Below are positions 1 to 8,177 of a stretch of DNA of 64,000 nt, in pieces; position 1 is the first letter of the stretch, and the number at the start of each line of letters is the position of its first letter. The translations under genes and the position numbers were made by a program. Below the pieces are notes generated by a model. That model searched no databases. It was not told the origin of the DNA and saw only the letters and a list, made by a program, of their open reading frames with translations. Source of the stretch: Eubacteriales bacterium (GTDB lineage Bacteria; Bacillota; Clostridia; Oscillospirales; CAG-272); contig JAHAZT010000060.1 of the NCBI GenBank assembly GCA_018383975.1, positions 1,428 through 65,427 on the forward strand. Direction: 5' to 3'.

Positions 1-726
1 TATAAAGCCCCTTGTTCCCTCCGGTCGCGACATTCTGTAAGCGTCGACGTTTTTTTGATTTTCCGTCGGAAATGACGTTTTTGTGATAACGGCTTTATCG
101 CAGAGAAAGTCCATGCAGCGGCTTATTTCTCCCGTCTCCGCTCCGACCTTTTCCGCAATGTATTCAAGACTTATGTATCTGTTTCCGCCGTATTCGTACA
201 TAACGTTAAGAATTTCCCTGTTGACCTTGCTGCTCAAAAACACGAAAAGCTCTTCGGTTTCATCCGTAAACAACTTTTTACCGACGTCATCAATGCCGAT
301 AAAGCCCGTATCCGGAGAATAATAAAGGCATTTTTCATATAGCTTTCCGAGTCCCGTTTCCCATGACGGATGCTCTTTCAGCTGTTCCTTTATCACGTCC
401 ACGCATTTTCTTTTTTCTTCCGCATTTTCCGGACGAAGACCCTTTCCGAAAAACATTCGCACCCTTGCGATAATAAGTCCGACAGTCTCTTCATATGCAC
501 GGCTCGGCGTCACACAGTCCGTGCCCGCATCGCAGCCGATGAGCGTATCGACCGTGATTGAAAACGCAGAAGCAAGCGGTGAAAGCATGCTTATATCCGG
601 TGCGCTTACGCTGTTTTCCCATTTTGATACCGTCTGCACCGAAACACCGATTTTATCCGCAAGCTCCTTCTGCGTATATCCGCATCTTTTTCTGAATTCT
701 GTTATGTTTGCGGCAATATCAACCAT
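1..726 (-). CDS. XRE-family helix-turn-helix transcriptional regulator; the C-terminal part runs off the window start
   Basis: This ORF is absent from the ORF track because it has no in-window stop. My reverse-strand translation from the ATG at 726-724 gives MVDIAANITEFRKRCGYTQKELADKIGVSVQTVSKWENSVSAPDISMLSPLA..., a classic Cro/C1 HTH. The frame stays open to position 1. Confidence 0.8.
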   Translation of the reverse strand, partial: MVDIAANITEFRKRCGYTQKELADKIGVSVQTVSKWENSVSAPDISMLSPLASAFSITVDTLIGCDAGTDCVTPSRAYEETVGLIIARVRMFFGKGLRPENAEEKRKCVDVIKEQLKEHPSWETGLGKLYEKCLYYSPDTGFIGIDDVGKKLFTDETEELFVFLSSKVNREILNVMYEYGGNRYISLEYIAEKVGAETGEISRCMDFLCDKAVITKTSFPTENQKNVDAYRMSRPEGTRGFI

Positions 727-757
727 TTCCGTCCTCCAATGTCCTGTATTTTATATG

Positions 758-786
758 ATTTTACCATTTGTGCGGCAAACTGTCAA
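758..786 (-). promoter_or_regulatory. Sigma-A type promoter of the XRE gene
   Basis: On the reverse strand TTGACA (786-781) is followed by a 17-nt spacer and TAAAAT (763-758), about 30 nt upstream of the ATG at 726. Confidence 0.5.
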
Positions 787-810
787 CCCTTGTGCGCAAA
801 CGTTTGTGCA
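768..810. promoter_or_regulatory. Candidate operator sites overlapping or abutting the XRE promoter
   Basis: An 18-bp imperfect palindrome TGCGCAAAC|GTTTGTGCA lies at 793-810, with 8 of 9 half-site positions matching. A related half-site TTGTGCGGCAAAC lies at 768-780 inside the promoter spacer. Confidence 0.4.
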
Positions 811-864
811 GGAAAAACAAATAGAAAAGAGGGTGTCCGCACGAGTGCCGACTCAGGCGAAATC

Positions 865-1181
865 GGGATTCGAATTCTCGCGTCTCGACGACGTCAGGTC
901 ACCTCGGCTCTGACGCGCCGCAGGCGCCTCATTCACCGCCGAGCCCGTTCGAATCCATTATCTCAAAAAACAATAGGGATTCGAATTCTCGCGGCTCGCC
1001 GCCGTCAGGTCACCTCGGCTCTGACCTGCCACCGGCAGGTCATTCACTACCGAGCCCGTTCGAATCCATTATCTCAAAAAAAATAATCGGGATTCGAATT
1101 CTCGCGTCTCGACGACGTCAGGTCACCACGGCTCTGACGCGCCGCAGGCGCCTCATTCACTACCGAGCCCGTTCGAATCCC
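865..1181. repeat. Three tandem copies of a ~92-nt palindromic-ended structured element, period 111-113 bp (units 865-956, 976-1067, 1089-1181)
   Basis: The three units align directly. Each starts with GGGATTCGAA and ends with TTCGAATCC(C). The A-rich spacer ATTATCTCAAAAAA is conserved. Internal hairpins differ between copies by compensatory changes. Confidence 0.9.
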
Positions 1182-1188
1182 TATAGCC

Positions 1189-1224
1189 AAAAGAAAAGAG
1201 CACCTCTTGGGTGCTCTTTTCTTT
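1189..1224 (-). terminator. Intrinsic, bidirectional-looking terminator downstream of tRNA-Gln
   Basis: The stem GAGCACC/GGTGCTC has a 5-nt loop and is flanked by AAAAGAAAA and TTTTCTTTT. Confidence 0.7.
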
Positions 1225-1298
1225 TGGCTGGGATATAGGGATTCGAACCCCAACATACAGAGTCAGAGTCTGCTGTGCTACCGTTACACAATATCCCA
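1225..1298 (-). tRNA. tRNA-Gln (anticodon CUG), CCA encoded
   Basis: The reverse complement is TGGGATATTGTGTAACGGTAGCACAGCAGACTCTGACTCTGTATGTTGGGGTTCGAATCCCTATATCCCAGCCA. It has a 7-bp acceptor stem, anticodon loop CTCTGAC and T-loop TTCGAAT. Confidence 0.9.
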
Positions 1299-1309
1299 TC
1301 GGTTGCGTA

Positions 1310-1322
1310 TGATAGTATATCA
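1310..1322. promoter_or_regulatory. Possible Fur-type operator upstream of feoAB
   Basis: The palindrome TGATAGTATATCA resembles a shortened Fur box (consensus TGATAATNATTATCA). Its position upstream of an iron-uptake operon is as expected. Confidence 0.25.
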
Positions 1323-1374
1323 AGACAGAAAGGATTTGTCAAGATTTTTTCGCAAAATTCTTGATAAAAATTTT

Positions 1375-1629
1375 ATGCGGAAAGAAAATGCTCTGTTCAT
1401 CGCAAAGGCGGGGGATGTTCTCACCGTCAAGGCCATAAACGCAAACGAAAGAAAACGGAATTTCTATACGTCGCTCGGCATTTTTCCGGGTAGCGAAATC
1501 ACGCTTTTTATGCGCGGAAAACACGGAGCGATTATAAAGTCCGGCAAGACAAAGCTCGCGCTGGCGGGAAAAGCCACCGAAGAAATTATTTGCATCGGAA
1601 CAGTAATAAACGGAAGCGGACGGGTATAA
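1375..1629 (+). CDS. feoA: FeoA-domain protein (ferrous iron transport protein A)
   Basis: This is an 84-aa small protein (…VLTVKAINANERKRNFYTSLGIFPGSEITLFMRGKHGAIIKSGKTKLALAG…) immediately upstream of feoB. I trimmed the start to the ATG at 1375 so that it does not overlap the tRNA. Confidence 0.8.
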   Translation: MRKENALFIAKAGDVLTVKAINANERKRNFYTSLGIFPGSEITLFMRGKHGAIIKSGKTKLALAGKATEEIICIGTVINGSGRV

Positions 1630-1668
1630 ATTTATACAAACCCGAAACAAAGAAAGGACGTCGACAAA

Positions 1669-3438
1669 ATGAAAAATACCCCCGTCATTGCACTTGCCGG
1701 CAATCCCAACAGCGGAAAAACGACGCTTTTCAACCTGCTGACAAAAAGCGGAGAAGCAACCGGAAACCGTGCCGGCGTAACGGTTTCCGCAAAGACTGCC
1801 CCTCTTAAAGCCGGTAATTACAGGGCGGATATCACGGACTTGCCCGGGACGTATTCCCTCTCTCCCTACGGCGACGAAGAAAAAGCGGCGGAACGCTTTA
1901 TAAAAAGCGGTGCGGCGGACGTCGTAATTGATGTTGCGGACGCAACAAATCTTGAAAGAAGTCTTTTTCTCGCAACGGAGCTTGCCGAACGTCACAGCAA
2001 GGTCATTCTTGCCCTGAATATGATGGATGAAGCCGAGCGCGACGGTATAAAAATCGACGCGGGACTTCTCTCGGGACAGCTGGGAATTCCCGTTGTTCCC
2101 ATATCGGCGGCAAAAAACATCGGCATTGAAGCGCTTATCGACGCGGCGCGGAACGCCGTGCCGGGAACGGCGCGATTTACCTTTTCCGGCGGCGAGGAAC
2201 GCAGTCGGTTTTGCCGCAGACTTGCGACGGAGGTGACGCACGGAGAAACCGCAAAAGTGCCTTTTTCGGACAGAGTCGACAGAATAATCTGCAAAAAATA
2301 TATCGGTCTGCCCCTGTTTTTCGCTGTTGTTTTCCTTATGTTTGCCGTGACGTTTTCCGGCGCCGTGAAGGCTCTTTCGGAGCTGCTTGTTTCGCTTTCG
2401 GACAGACTTTCCGAAGCCGTGTCGGCATGGCTTTCATCGATGGGCGCAGGCGCTTTTACGGTCGGACTTATTTCGGAGGGACTTATCAAAGGCACGGGGG
2501 CGGTGCTGTCGTTTCTGCCGCAGACGGCGGCACTGTTTTTTATGCTCGAATTGCTTGAAGACTCCGGCTATATGGCTCGCGCGGCGTACGTTTCGGACGG
2601 ACTTCTCCGCTCTGCGGGGCTTTCCGGAAAGGCTTTCATTCCTTTTCTTATGGGCTTTGGCTGTACCGTCCCCGCCGTTATGGCAACGGAAACACTCGAC
2701 CCTGCCGAGCGTCGTTCCGTGATATTTTCCCTGCCGTTTATACCGTGCAGCGCAAGGCTTCCGGTATTTACGATGATTATCGGAACGTTTTTTCCGGACC
2801 ATTCCGCCGTCGCGGCATTTCTTATATATTTTCTCGGCATTCTGACGGCATACATAAGCTCTCTGATATATTCAAAATCGAAAAAAGGGCGTGCCGCCCC
2901 GCCGCTTACTGTTGAACTGCCGAAATACCGTCTGCCGACCCTGAAAAATCTCGCAACGGCAATCAAGCACAAGCTGTTCGCATTCATATCCCGCGCAGGG
3001 ACGGTCGTTATGCTTTGCAGCGTTGCAGTGCATCTCTTATGCTCTCTTGACGGTCACCTCCGCCTGACCGCCGACCCGTCCAAAAGTCTCATGGCTCTTG
3101 CCGGAGGACTTATCGCGCCTCTGCTCTCTCCTCTCGGCATAGGCGATTGGCGCATCGCCGCATCGCTCATATCGGGCTTTTTCGCGAAGGAAACGATAGT
3201 GTCCTCTCTTTCAGTCATGTGTCCCGACGGATTGTCGCACCTTATCGGTGCCGCGGACGCCGTCGCTCTGTGCGTTTTTGTCCTGCTGTATTCCCCGTGC
3301 GCCGCAACGGTATCGGCTCAGAGACAGTATCTCGGACGCAAAAATTCCCTTTTTCTCATCGTCCGATGCATTGTTTTTGCGTATTTGGCGGCGTTGATTG
3401 CAAGAGCCGCACTTCGGTTTTTTGTCGGTTTTGCGTGA
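1669..3438 (+). CDS. feoB: Ferrous iron transporter FeoB
   Basis: It has an N-terminal G-domain (GNPNSGKTTLFN, DLPGTYSL) followed by a polytopic membrane domain; 589 aa. Confidence 0.95.
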   Translation: MKNTPVIALAGNPNSGKTTLFNLLTKSGEATGNRAGVTVSAKTAPLKAGNYRADITDLPGTYSLSPYGDEEKAAERFIKSGAADVVIDVADATNLERSLFLATELAERHSKVILALNMMDEAERDGIKIDAGLLSGQLGIPVVPISAAKNIGIEALIDAARNAVPGTARFTFSGGEERSRFCRRLATEVTHGETAKVPFSDRVDRIICKKYIGLPLFFAVVFLMFAVTFSGAVKALSELLVSLSDRLSEAVSAWLSSMGAGAFTVGLISEGLIKGTGAVLSFLPQTAALFFMLELLEDSGYMARAAYVSDGLLRSAGLSGKAFIPFLMGFGCTVPAVMATETLDPAERRSVIFSLPFIPCSARLPVFTMIIGTFFPDHSAVAAFLIYFLGILTAYISSLIYSKSKKGRAAPPLTVELPKYRLPTLKNLATAIKHKLFAFISRAGTVVMLCSVAVHLLCSLDGHLRLTADPSKSLMALAGGLIAPLLSPLGIGDWRIAASLISGFFAKETIVSSLSVMCPDGLSHLIGAADAVALCVFVLLYSPCAATVSAQRQYLGRKNSLFLIVRCIVFAYLAALIARAALRFFVGFA

Positions 3439-3528
3439 AAACGGAGCGTTTTTTGTAGAAAATAATTAAATATGAGAAATTGTATCGCATTATTTTTGTC
3501 ATATTTTTATTTTTTAATCAAAATACGC

Positions 3529-3557
3529 TTGACAATCTATTCCTATGCTGATACAAT
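3529..3557 (+). promoter_or_regulatory. Sigma-A type promoter of the sigma-factor gene
   Basis: TTGACA (3529-3534), a 17-nt spacer, then TACAAT (3552-3557). Confidence 0.55.
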
Positions 3558-3598
3558 GGTAATGTTAATAACTGTCTGAAAAAGTATAGTGAAATCAT

Positions 3599-4165
3599 AT
3601 GCAGCAAAGCTCTGAAATGCAAAAACTTATATTGGATATTCAAAACGGAGTGCCGCTCTCGTTTGAGTCGGTCTATTCGCTTTATATCCCCCTCATCAAT
3701 TCCGTTGCGGAAAAATACAGCGGCTCGTCTCTGACGGGCGCCGGACTTGAGGATTTGCGCCAGGAGGCGGCTATCGCTCTTTATGACGCGGCGCTCGCCT
3801 ATAATCCCGAGCGCGGAGTTTCCTTCGGGCTTTATGCAAAAATATGTATTAAAAACAGGATTATATCGTATCTGCGCACGATAGGCGGAAAAAGCGTCCG
3901 TACGGAGCCGCTCGAAAATGCCACGCAGGGAGTGATTATCCCGCAGGGCGATATAGACCCCGAAAAGCTGATAATAAGCAAAGAGTCCCTTGCAGACCTT
4001 GAAAGACGCATTTCCCTTTCCCTTACGGAACTCGAACGTTCCGTATTTGACCTTTACCTCGCGTCCGCTTCTTATGACGATATCTCCGCGGCACTTGGAA
4101 AACCCAAGAAATCCATCGACAACGCAATGCAACGAATCAAAGCGAAATTAAGAGAGCTTTTATAA
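3599..4165 (+). CDS. Sigma-70 family RNA polymerase sigma factor (small, ECF/SigH-like)
   Basis: 188 aa with a region-2-like segment (LRQEAAIALYDAALAYNPERGVSFGLYAKICIKNRIISYLR) and a region-4 HTH (LTELERSVFDLYLASASYDDISAALGKPKKSIDNAMQRIKAKL). Confidence 0.8.
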   Translation: MQQSSEMQKLILDIQNGVPLSFESVYSLYIPLINSVAEKYSGSSLTGAGLEDLRQEAAIALYDAALAYNPERGVSFGLYAKICIKNRIISYLRTIGGKSVRTEPLENATQGVIIPQGDIDPEKLIISKESLADLERRISLSLTELERSVFDLYLASASYDDISAALGKPKKSIDNAMQRIKAKLRELL

Positions 4166-4352
4166 TCTTTTCAATGTCCCTCCGGGACAATCATATACAA
4201 TATACCAAAATAAAACTTTCCGTGTTTTGTTTTCGTTTTCACATGCCCGAATAGCTTAATGGCAGAGCGTTGTAATTCAAAGGTGTCGGTCGGAATCCGT
4301 CTTGGGGCAAAAATAAATAATTTTTCATACAAAACAAAGCGAGGTAGAACAA

Positions 4353-4631
4353 ATGTATCAGGACAAAACATTGGTTTGCAAGGATTGCGGAGCCGAATTC
4401 GTATTCACAGCGGGCGAGCAGGAATTCTATGCCGAAAAGGGCTTCCAGAACGAGCCCCAGAGATGTAAGAGCTGCCGCAACGCGAAGAAGAACGCGGGCA
4501 AGCCCCAGAGAGAAATGCACACGGCAATCTGCGCAAACTGCGGCAAAGAGGCAAAGGTTCCCTTTGAGCCGACAAGCGACAAACCCGTTTATTGCAGCGA
4601 GTGCTACGCGGCAATGAGAGAAAGCAAATAA
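4353..4631 (+). CDS. Small zinc-ribbon protein with two CxxC…CxxC units
   Basis: 92 aa containing CKDCG…CKSCR and CANCG…CSECY. An RBS GAGG lies upstream of the ATG. Confidence 0.8.
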   Translation: MYQDKTLVCKDCGAEFVFTAGEQEFYAEKGFQNEPQRCKSCRNAKKNAGKPQREMHTAICANCGKEAKVPFEPTSDKPVYCSECYAAMRESK

Positions 4632-4647
4632 GTTAATCAAATGACTT

Positions 4648-4682
4648 AAAATCCCTGCGGAAAGCGGGGATTTTGCTTTTTT
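4648..4682 (+). terminator. Intrinsic terminator
   Basis: The stem AAAATCCCTGC/GCGGGGATTTT has a GGAAA loop and is followed by GCTTTTTT. Confidence 0.7.
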
Positions 4683-4716
4683 CCTTTCAAAAAACAGGCA
4701 AACGTCATCTCCGCGA

Positions 4717-4745
4717 TTGACAAAGCCCTCCCTGTTTGTTATAAT
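4717..4745 (+). promoter_or_regulatory. Sigma-A type promoter of the lipoprotein gene
   Basis: TTGACA, a 17-nt spacer, then TATAAT. Confidence 0.55.
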
Positions 4746-4776
4746 AAATATAATGTTTATTTACGGAGCGTAAAAA

Positions 4777-5364
4777 ATGAAAAAGATGAAAATCGCGGCG
4801 GCTTTTCTCGCCGTCATAATATGCATTTCCGCACTCGCCTCGTGCGGAAAAAAGAGCGACGTTCCCAAGGGAATGGTTGAGGTCGTTTCGGAATACACGG
4901 ATTTCCGGCTTTTCGTTCCGGACAGCTGGACTCCGGATGTTTCAACCGGCTTTGTCAGCGCACAGGCCGTCGATAAGAGCAATGTCTCCGTTGAGGTTAT
5001 CGCGGCGGACAGAGTCGACGCTTCGGGCGAGAGCGATGTCGGCTATTCCATAACCTATAAGGGCGTCAGCTATGCGGGAATTTCAAAATTCTTTGAGGAT
5101 TACTATTTCGCAACGCTTTCAAAATCGCTTTCCGGCGTCAAGCTTGAAGAGCAGTACACAACCGACCAGCTTCTCGGCGACAATCCCTATGCCTGCAAGT
5201 ACGTCTATACAGTTGAACTGGACGGCACCTCTTACAGGATAATGCAGATATTAGCTCCGAAAGCGAGCAAAATATATATCCTCACCTACACGGCAACGGA
5301 AGAAAATTACGCAAAACACACAAGCGATATAGATAAAATCGTTAAAGAATTCGTTTTCAAATAA
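4777..5364 (+). CDS. Putative lipoprotein, function unknown
   Basis: It has a signal peptide with the lipobox ISALASC|G; 195 aa. Confidence 0.75.
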   Translation: MKKMKIAAAFLAVIICISALASCGKKSDVPKGMVEVVSEYTDFRLFVPDSWTPDVSTGFVSAQAVDKSNVSVEVIAADRVDASGESDVGYSITYKGVSYAGISKFFEDYYFATLSKSLSGVKLEEQYTTDQLLGDNPYACKYVYTVELDGTSYRIMQILAPKASKIYILTYTATEENYAKHTSDIDKIVKEFVFK

Positions 5365-5408
5365 AAAATCGGGCAGATTTTCTCTGCCTGTTTTATCGGA
5401 GACATAAA

Positions 5409-6590
5409 ATGACTCATTACCTTGATAACAGCGCGACAACGCCGCTTTGCGACGCCGCACGCGCGGCTGTGATTGCAGTTATGGATGAAAACTTCGGCAA
5501 CCCTTCAAGCCTGCACTCTGTCGGAGTCAGGGCGCAGGGCGCGATTGATGCCGCAAGAAAAGCGGTGCTTTCGTCGCTTTTGCCCGCAGGCACGAGAGGA
5601 AAGCCCGAACAGGTGATTTTCACTTCCGGCGGAACGGAGGCGAATAATCTTGCAATCATCGGCACGGCAACGGCAAAGCCGCGCAATTCCGGAAAGAAAA
5701 TAATCATAGGCGAGACGGAGCATCCCTCTGTCATAGCGTCTGCCGAAAGGCTCAAAGCTCTGGGATACAGGGTCGCTTTCATACCGTCGCCGAAGGGCGT
5801 ATGGGATATGACCGTTTTTGAAAACGAGCTGACGCCGGACACAATCCTTGTTTCGGCAATGCTCGTGAACAACGAGACGGGCGCAGTGAACGATATTGCA
5901 AAAATCGCCGCCGCGGCAAGAAAAGCCAGCCCCGACGTCATAATTCATTGCGACGCGGTTCAGGGCTATATGCGCCTTCCGAAAAGCCTTCTGTTCCCTG
6001 CCGATATCGTCACCGTCAGCGCGCATAAAATCGGCGGACCGAAGGGTGCCGGCGCACTTTTCGCAAGCGAAAGCGTCATAAAGAAAAAATCAATGATACC
6101 CGTCATTTTCGGCGGCGGACAGGAACACGGGCTTCGCTCCGGAACGGAAAACGTCCTCGGAATTGCGGGCTTCGGCGCGGCTGTCGACTATTTTGCGAAT
6201 AATCAGACTTCGATATACAGTCATTTTGACAGACTGTATTCTTATGCAGTCGACCGTTTTTCGGCACTCGGAAACGACGGTATAAGCCTTAATATTCCGC
6301 AGACGGAACGCGTCGCGCACCATATTTTAAGCGTCACGGCGCACGGCGTCAGGAGCGAAACCATGCTGCATTTTCTCTCATCGGAGGGAGTGTTCGTTTC
6401 AAGCGGCTCGGCTTGCTCGTCAAACACGAAGTCAAGAAGTCACGTTCTCCGCAGCTTCGGTCTTTCCGATGACGATACAGACTCTACCCTGCGCATGAGC
6501 TTCGGACTCGACACGACGGAGGACGATATCGACGCGGCAGCGAACGCTTTCCTCAAAGGAATAAAAACTCTTTCTCACAAAAGGGGCTGA
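5409..6590 (+). CDS. Cysteine desulfurase (class V aminotransferase, NifS/IscS-like)
   Basis: Supporting motifs are YLDNSATTP, the PLP lysine in SAHKIGGPKG and the active-site SGSACSS. Confidence 0.9.
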   Translation: MTHYLDNSATTPLCDAARAAVIAVMDENFGNPSSLHSVGVRAQGAIDAARKAVLSSLLPAGTRGKPEQVIFTSGGTEANNLAIIGTATAKPRNSGKKIIIGETEHPSVIASAERLKALGYRVAFIPSPKGVWDMTVFENELTPDTILVSAMLVNNETGAVNDIAKIAAAARKASPDVIIHCDAVQGYMRLPKSLLFPADIVTVSAHKIGGPKGAGALFASESVIKKKSMIPVIFGGGQEHGLRSGTENVLGIAGFGAAVDYFANNQTSIYSHFDRLYSYAVDRFSALGNDGISLNIPQTERVAHHILSVTAHGVRSETMLHFLSSEGVFVSSGSACSSNTKSRSHVLRSFGLSDDDTDSTLRMSFGLDTTEDDIDAAANAFLKGIKTLSHKRG

Positions 6591-6591
6591 A

Positions 6592-7014
6592 ATGGACATA
6601 ATTTTCAGAAAAACCACAACGTCGCCGGAGGAAACCGAAAGCGTCGGATTTGAATTTGCAAAAACGCTTTCCCGCGGCGATTGCCTCGCCATGAAGGGCG
6701 ACCTCGGCGCCGGAAAAACGGCGTTCGTGCGCGGAATGGCAAAATATCTCTGTCCGAAGGCACGCGTGCAAAGCCCGACGTACACGATAGTAAACTCATA
6801 CGTCGGCAAAATCCTGCTCTATCACTTCGATATGTACCGCATAGACGGCGAGGAATCGCTTTACAGCACCGGATTTTTCGATTATCTCGACGCGGGCGGC
6901 ATATGCGCCGTCGAATGGAGCGAGAAAATCGAAGATTTTCTTCCGGACGACCGCTATACCGTCACAATAGAAAAAACAGGCGAGGAAACACGCGAAATTA
7001 CAGTGAGCAGGTGA
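6592..7014 (+). CDS. tsaE: tRNA t6A37 biosynthesis ATPase TsaE
   Basis: 140 aa with the Walker A motif GDLGAGKTAFVRG, the YHFDMYR motif, and tsaB immediately downstream. Confidence 0.9.
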   Translation: MDIIFRKTTTSPEETESVGFEFAKTLSRGDCLAMKGDLGAGKTAFVRGMAKYLCPKARVQSPTYTIVNSYVGKILLYHFDMYRIDGEESLYSTGFFDYLDAGGICAVEWSEKIEDFLPDDRYTVTIEKTGEETREITVSR

Positions 7015-7017
7015 AAA

Positions 7018-7731
7018 ATGAAAATTCTTGCAATAGATACAACGGCAAAAACCGCCGCAGGCGCAATCTGCGACGAAAACAAAACGCTTTGCTCGTTTGC
7101 CGTCACGGGCGGATTTACACACAGCGAAACGATGCTTCCCGAGGTAGACAGGCTCTTTGAAAAATCGGGGCTCGCGCCGAAGGATATTGATATGTTCGCC
7201 GTATCGGCAGGCCCCGGCTCGTTTACGGGCGTGAGAATCGGCGTTTCGCTGATAAAGGGACTTGCTTTCGGCAGGAGCGCGGCGTGCGTCGGCATCTCAT
7301 CGCTTGACGCACTTTCCGAAAACGGAATCGGCATAGGCGGAAAATTTATTGCGTGTCCCGTTATGGACGCAAGGCGCAGTCAGCTTTATAACGCGCTGTT
7401 TCTCATAGACAACGGCAAAAAGGAGCGTCTCTGTGACGACAGACTTATTTCCTCTGCCGGACTTGCGGCGGAGCTTTCCGGTTTTTCCCTGCCGATATAC
7501 TTTTTCGGCGACGGCTATTCCATAGCAAAAGCCGCTTTCCCCGCAGCAAAGGAAACTCCGCAGGAGCTGATACTTCAAAGCGCGCCGTCCGTTGCAGCCG
7601 TCGCCCGACGCGTCTATGAAAATGCGACTGACAAAAGCATTTTCACAGACCTTGCGCTTTCCCCGTCATACCTCCGTCCGTCACAGGCGGAAAGAGAATA
7701 CAACGAGAAAAAAGGAGACACAACAAAATGA
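7018..7731 (+). CDS. tsaB: tRNA t6A37 biosynthesis protein TsaB
   Basis: Supporting motifs are MKILAIDTT… and GPGSFTGVRIGVS. Confidence 0.9.
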   Translation: MKILAIDTTAKTAAGAICDENKTLCSFAVTGGFTHSETMLPEVDRLFEKSGLAPKDIDMFAVSAGPGSFTGVRIGVSLIKGLAFGRSAACVGISSLDALSENGIGIGGKFIACPVMDARRSQLYNALFLIDNGKKERLCDDRLISSAGLAAELSGFSLPIYFFGDGYSIAKAAFPAAKETPQELILQSAPSVAAVARRVYENATDKSIFTDLALSPSYLRPSQAEREYNEKKGDTTK

Positions 7732-8159
7732 AAAAAATCGCACTTGCGGCAGACCACGCCGGCTACGAGCTTAAAAATCATCTCGTCGCTTACCTTACGG
7801 AAAAGGGCTACGACTGCATAAACCTCGGCACCGACACGGCGGATTCCGTCGATTATCCCGTATACGCAAACGCGCTCTGCGAAAAAATTCTTTCGGGCGA
7901 ATGCGAAAAAGGAATTCTCGTCTGCGGAACGGGCATCGGAATGAGCATTGCCGCAAACCGTCATAAGGGCATACGCGCCGCGCTCTGCTATGAAGAAAGA
8001 TGCGTCGAGCTGACACGTCAGCACAACAACGCAAACGTTCTCTGTCTCGGCGCAAGAATAATCGACGAAAAAACGGCGGAAAACCTTGTCGATACGTTTT
8101 TTTCGACGGAATTTCTCGGCGGCAGACACGAAAAAAGGGTCGAAATGCTGGATAAATAA
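7728..8159 (+). CDS. rpiB: Ribose-5-phosphate isomerase B (RpiB/LacAB family)
   Basis: Supporting motifs are IALAADHAGYELK, CGTGIGMSIAANR and NANVLCLGAR. Confidence 0.9.
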   Translation: MKKIALAADHAGYELKNHLVAYLTEKGYDCINLGTDTADSVDYPVYANALCEKILSGECEKGILVCGTGIGMSIAANRHKGIRAALCYEERCVELTRQHNNANVLCLGARIIDEKTAENLVDTFFSTEFLGGRHEKRVEMLDK

Positions 8160-8177
8160 AACAAAACTCCGGATCAG

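Noticed and set aside
739-1086. A 115-aa plus-strand ORF with an internally repeated peptide (…GIRILASRRRQVTSALT…RARSNPLSQK…)
   Set aside because: The repetition simply reflects translation through the tandem DNA repeats. The ORF starts inside the XRE promoter, has no RBS, and the arginine-rich product looks like translated GC-rich hairpins.
865-1181. CRISPR array or tRNA gene cluster as an explanation for the tandem units
   Set aside because: The units are 92 nt long with conserved 19-22 nt spacers, which is the opposite of CRISPR geometry, and there are no cas genes. Despite the TTCGAATCC motifs, neither strand folds into a cloverleaf: there is no T-stem around the motif, no D-arm and no anticodon arm.
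4259-4640. Several overlapping 60-130-aa ORFs on both strands around the zinc-ribbon gene
   Set aside because: Only the 4353-4631 frame has an RBS and a coherent product with four CxxC motifs. The others are out-of-frame or antisense shadows.
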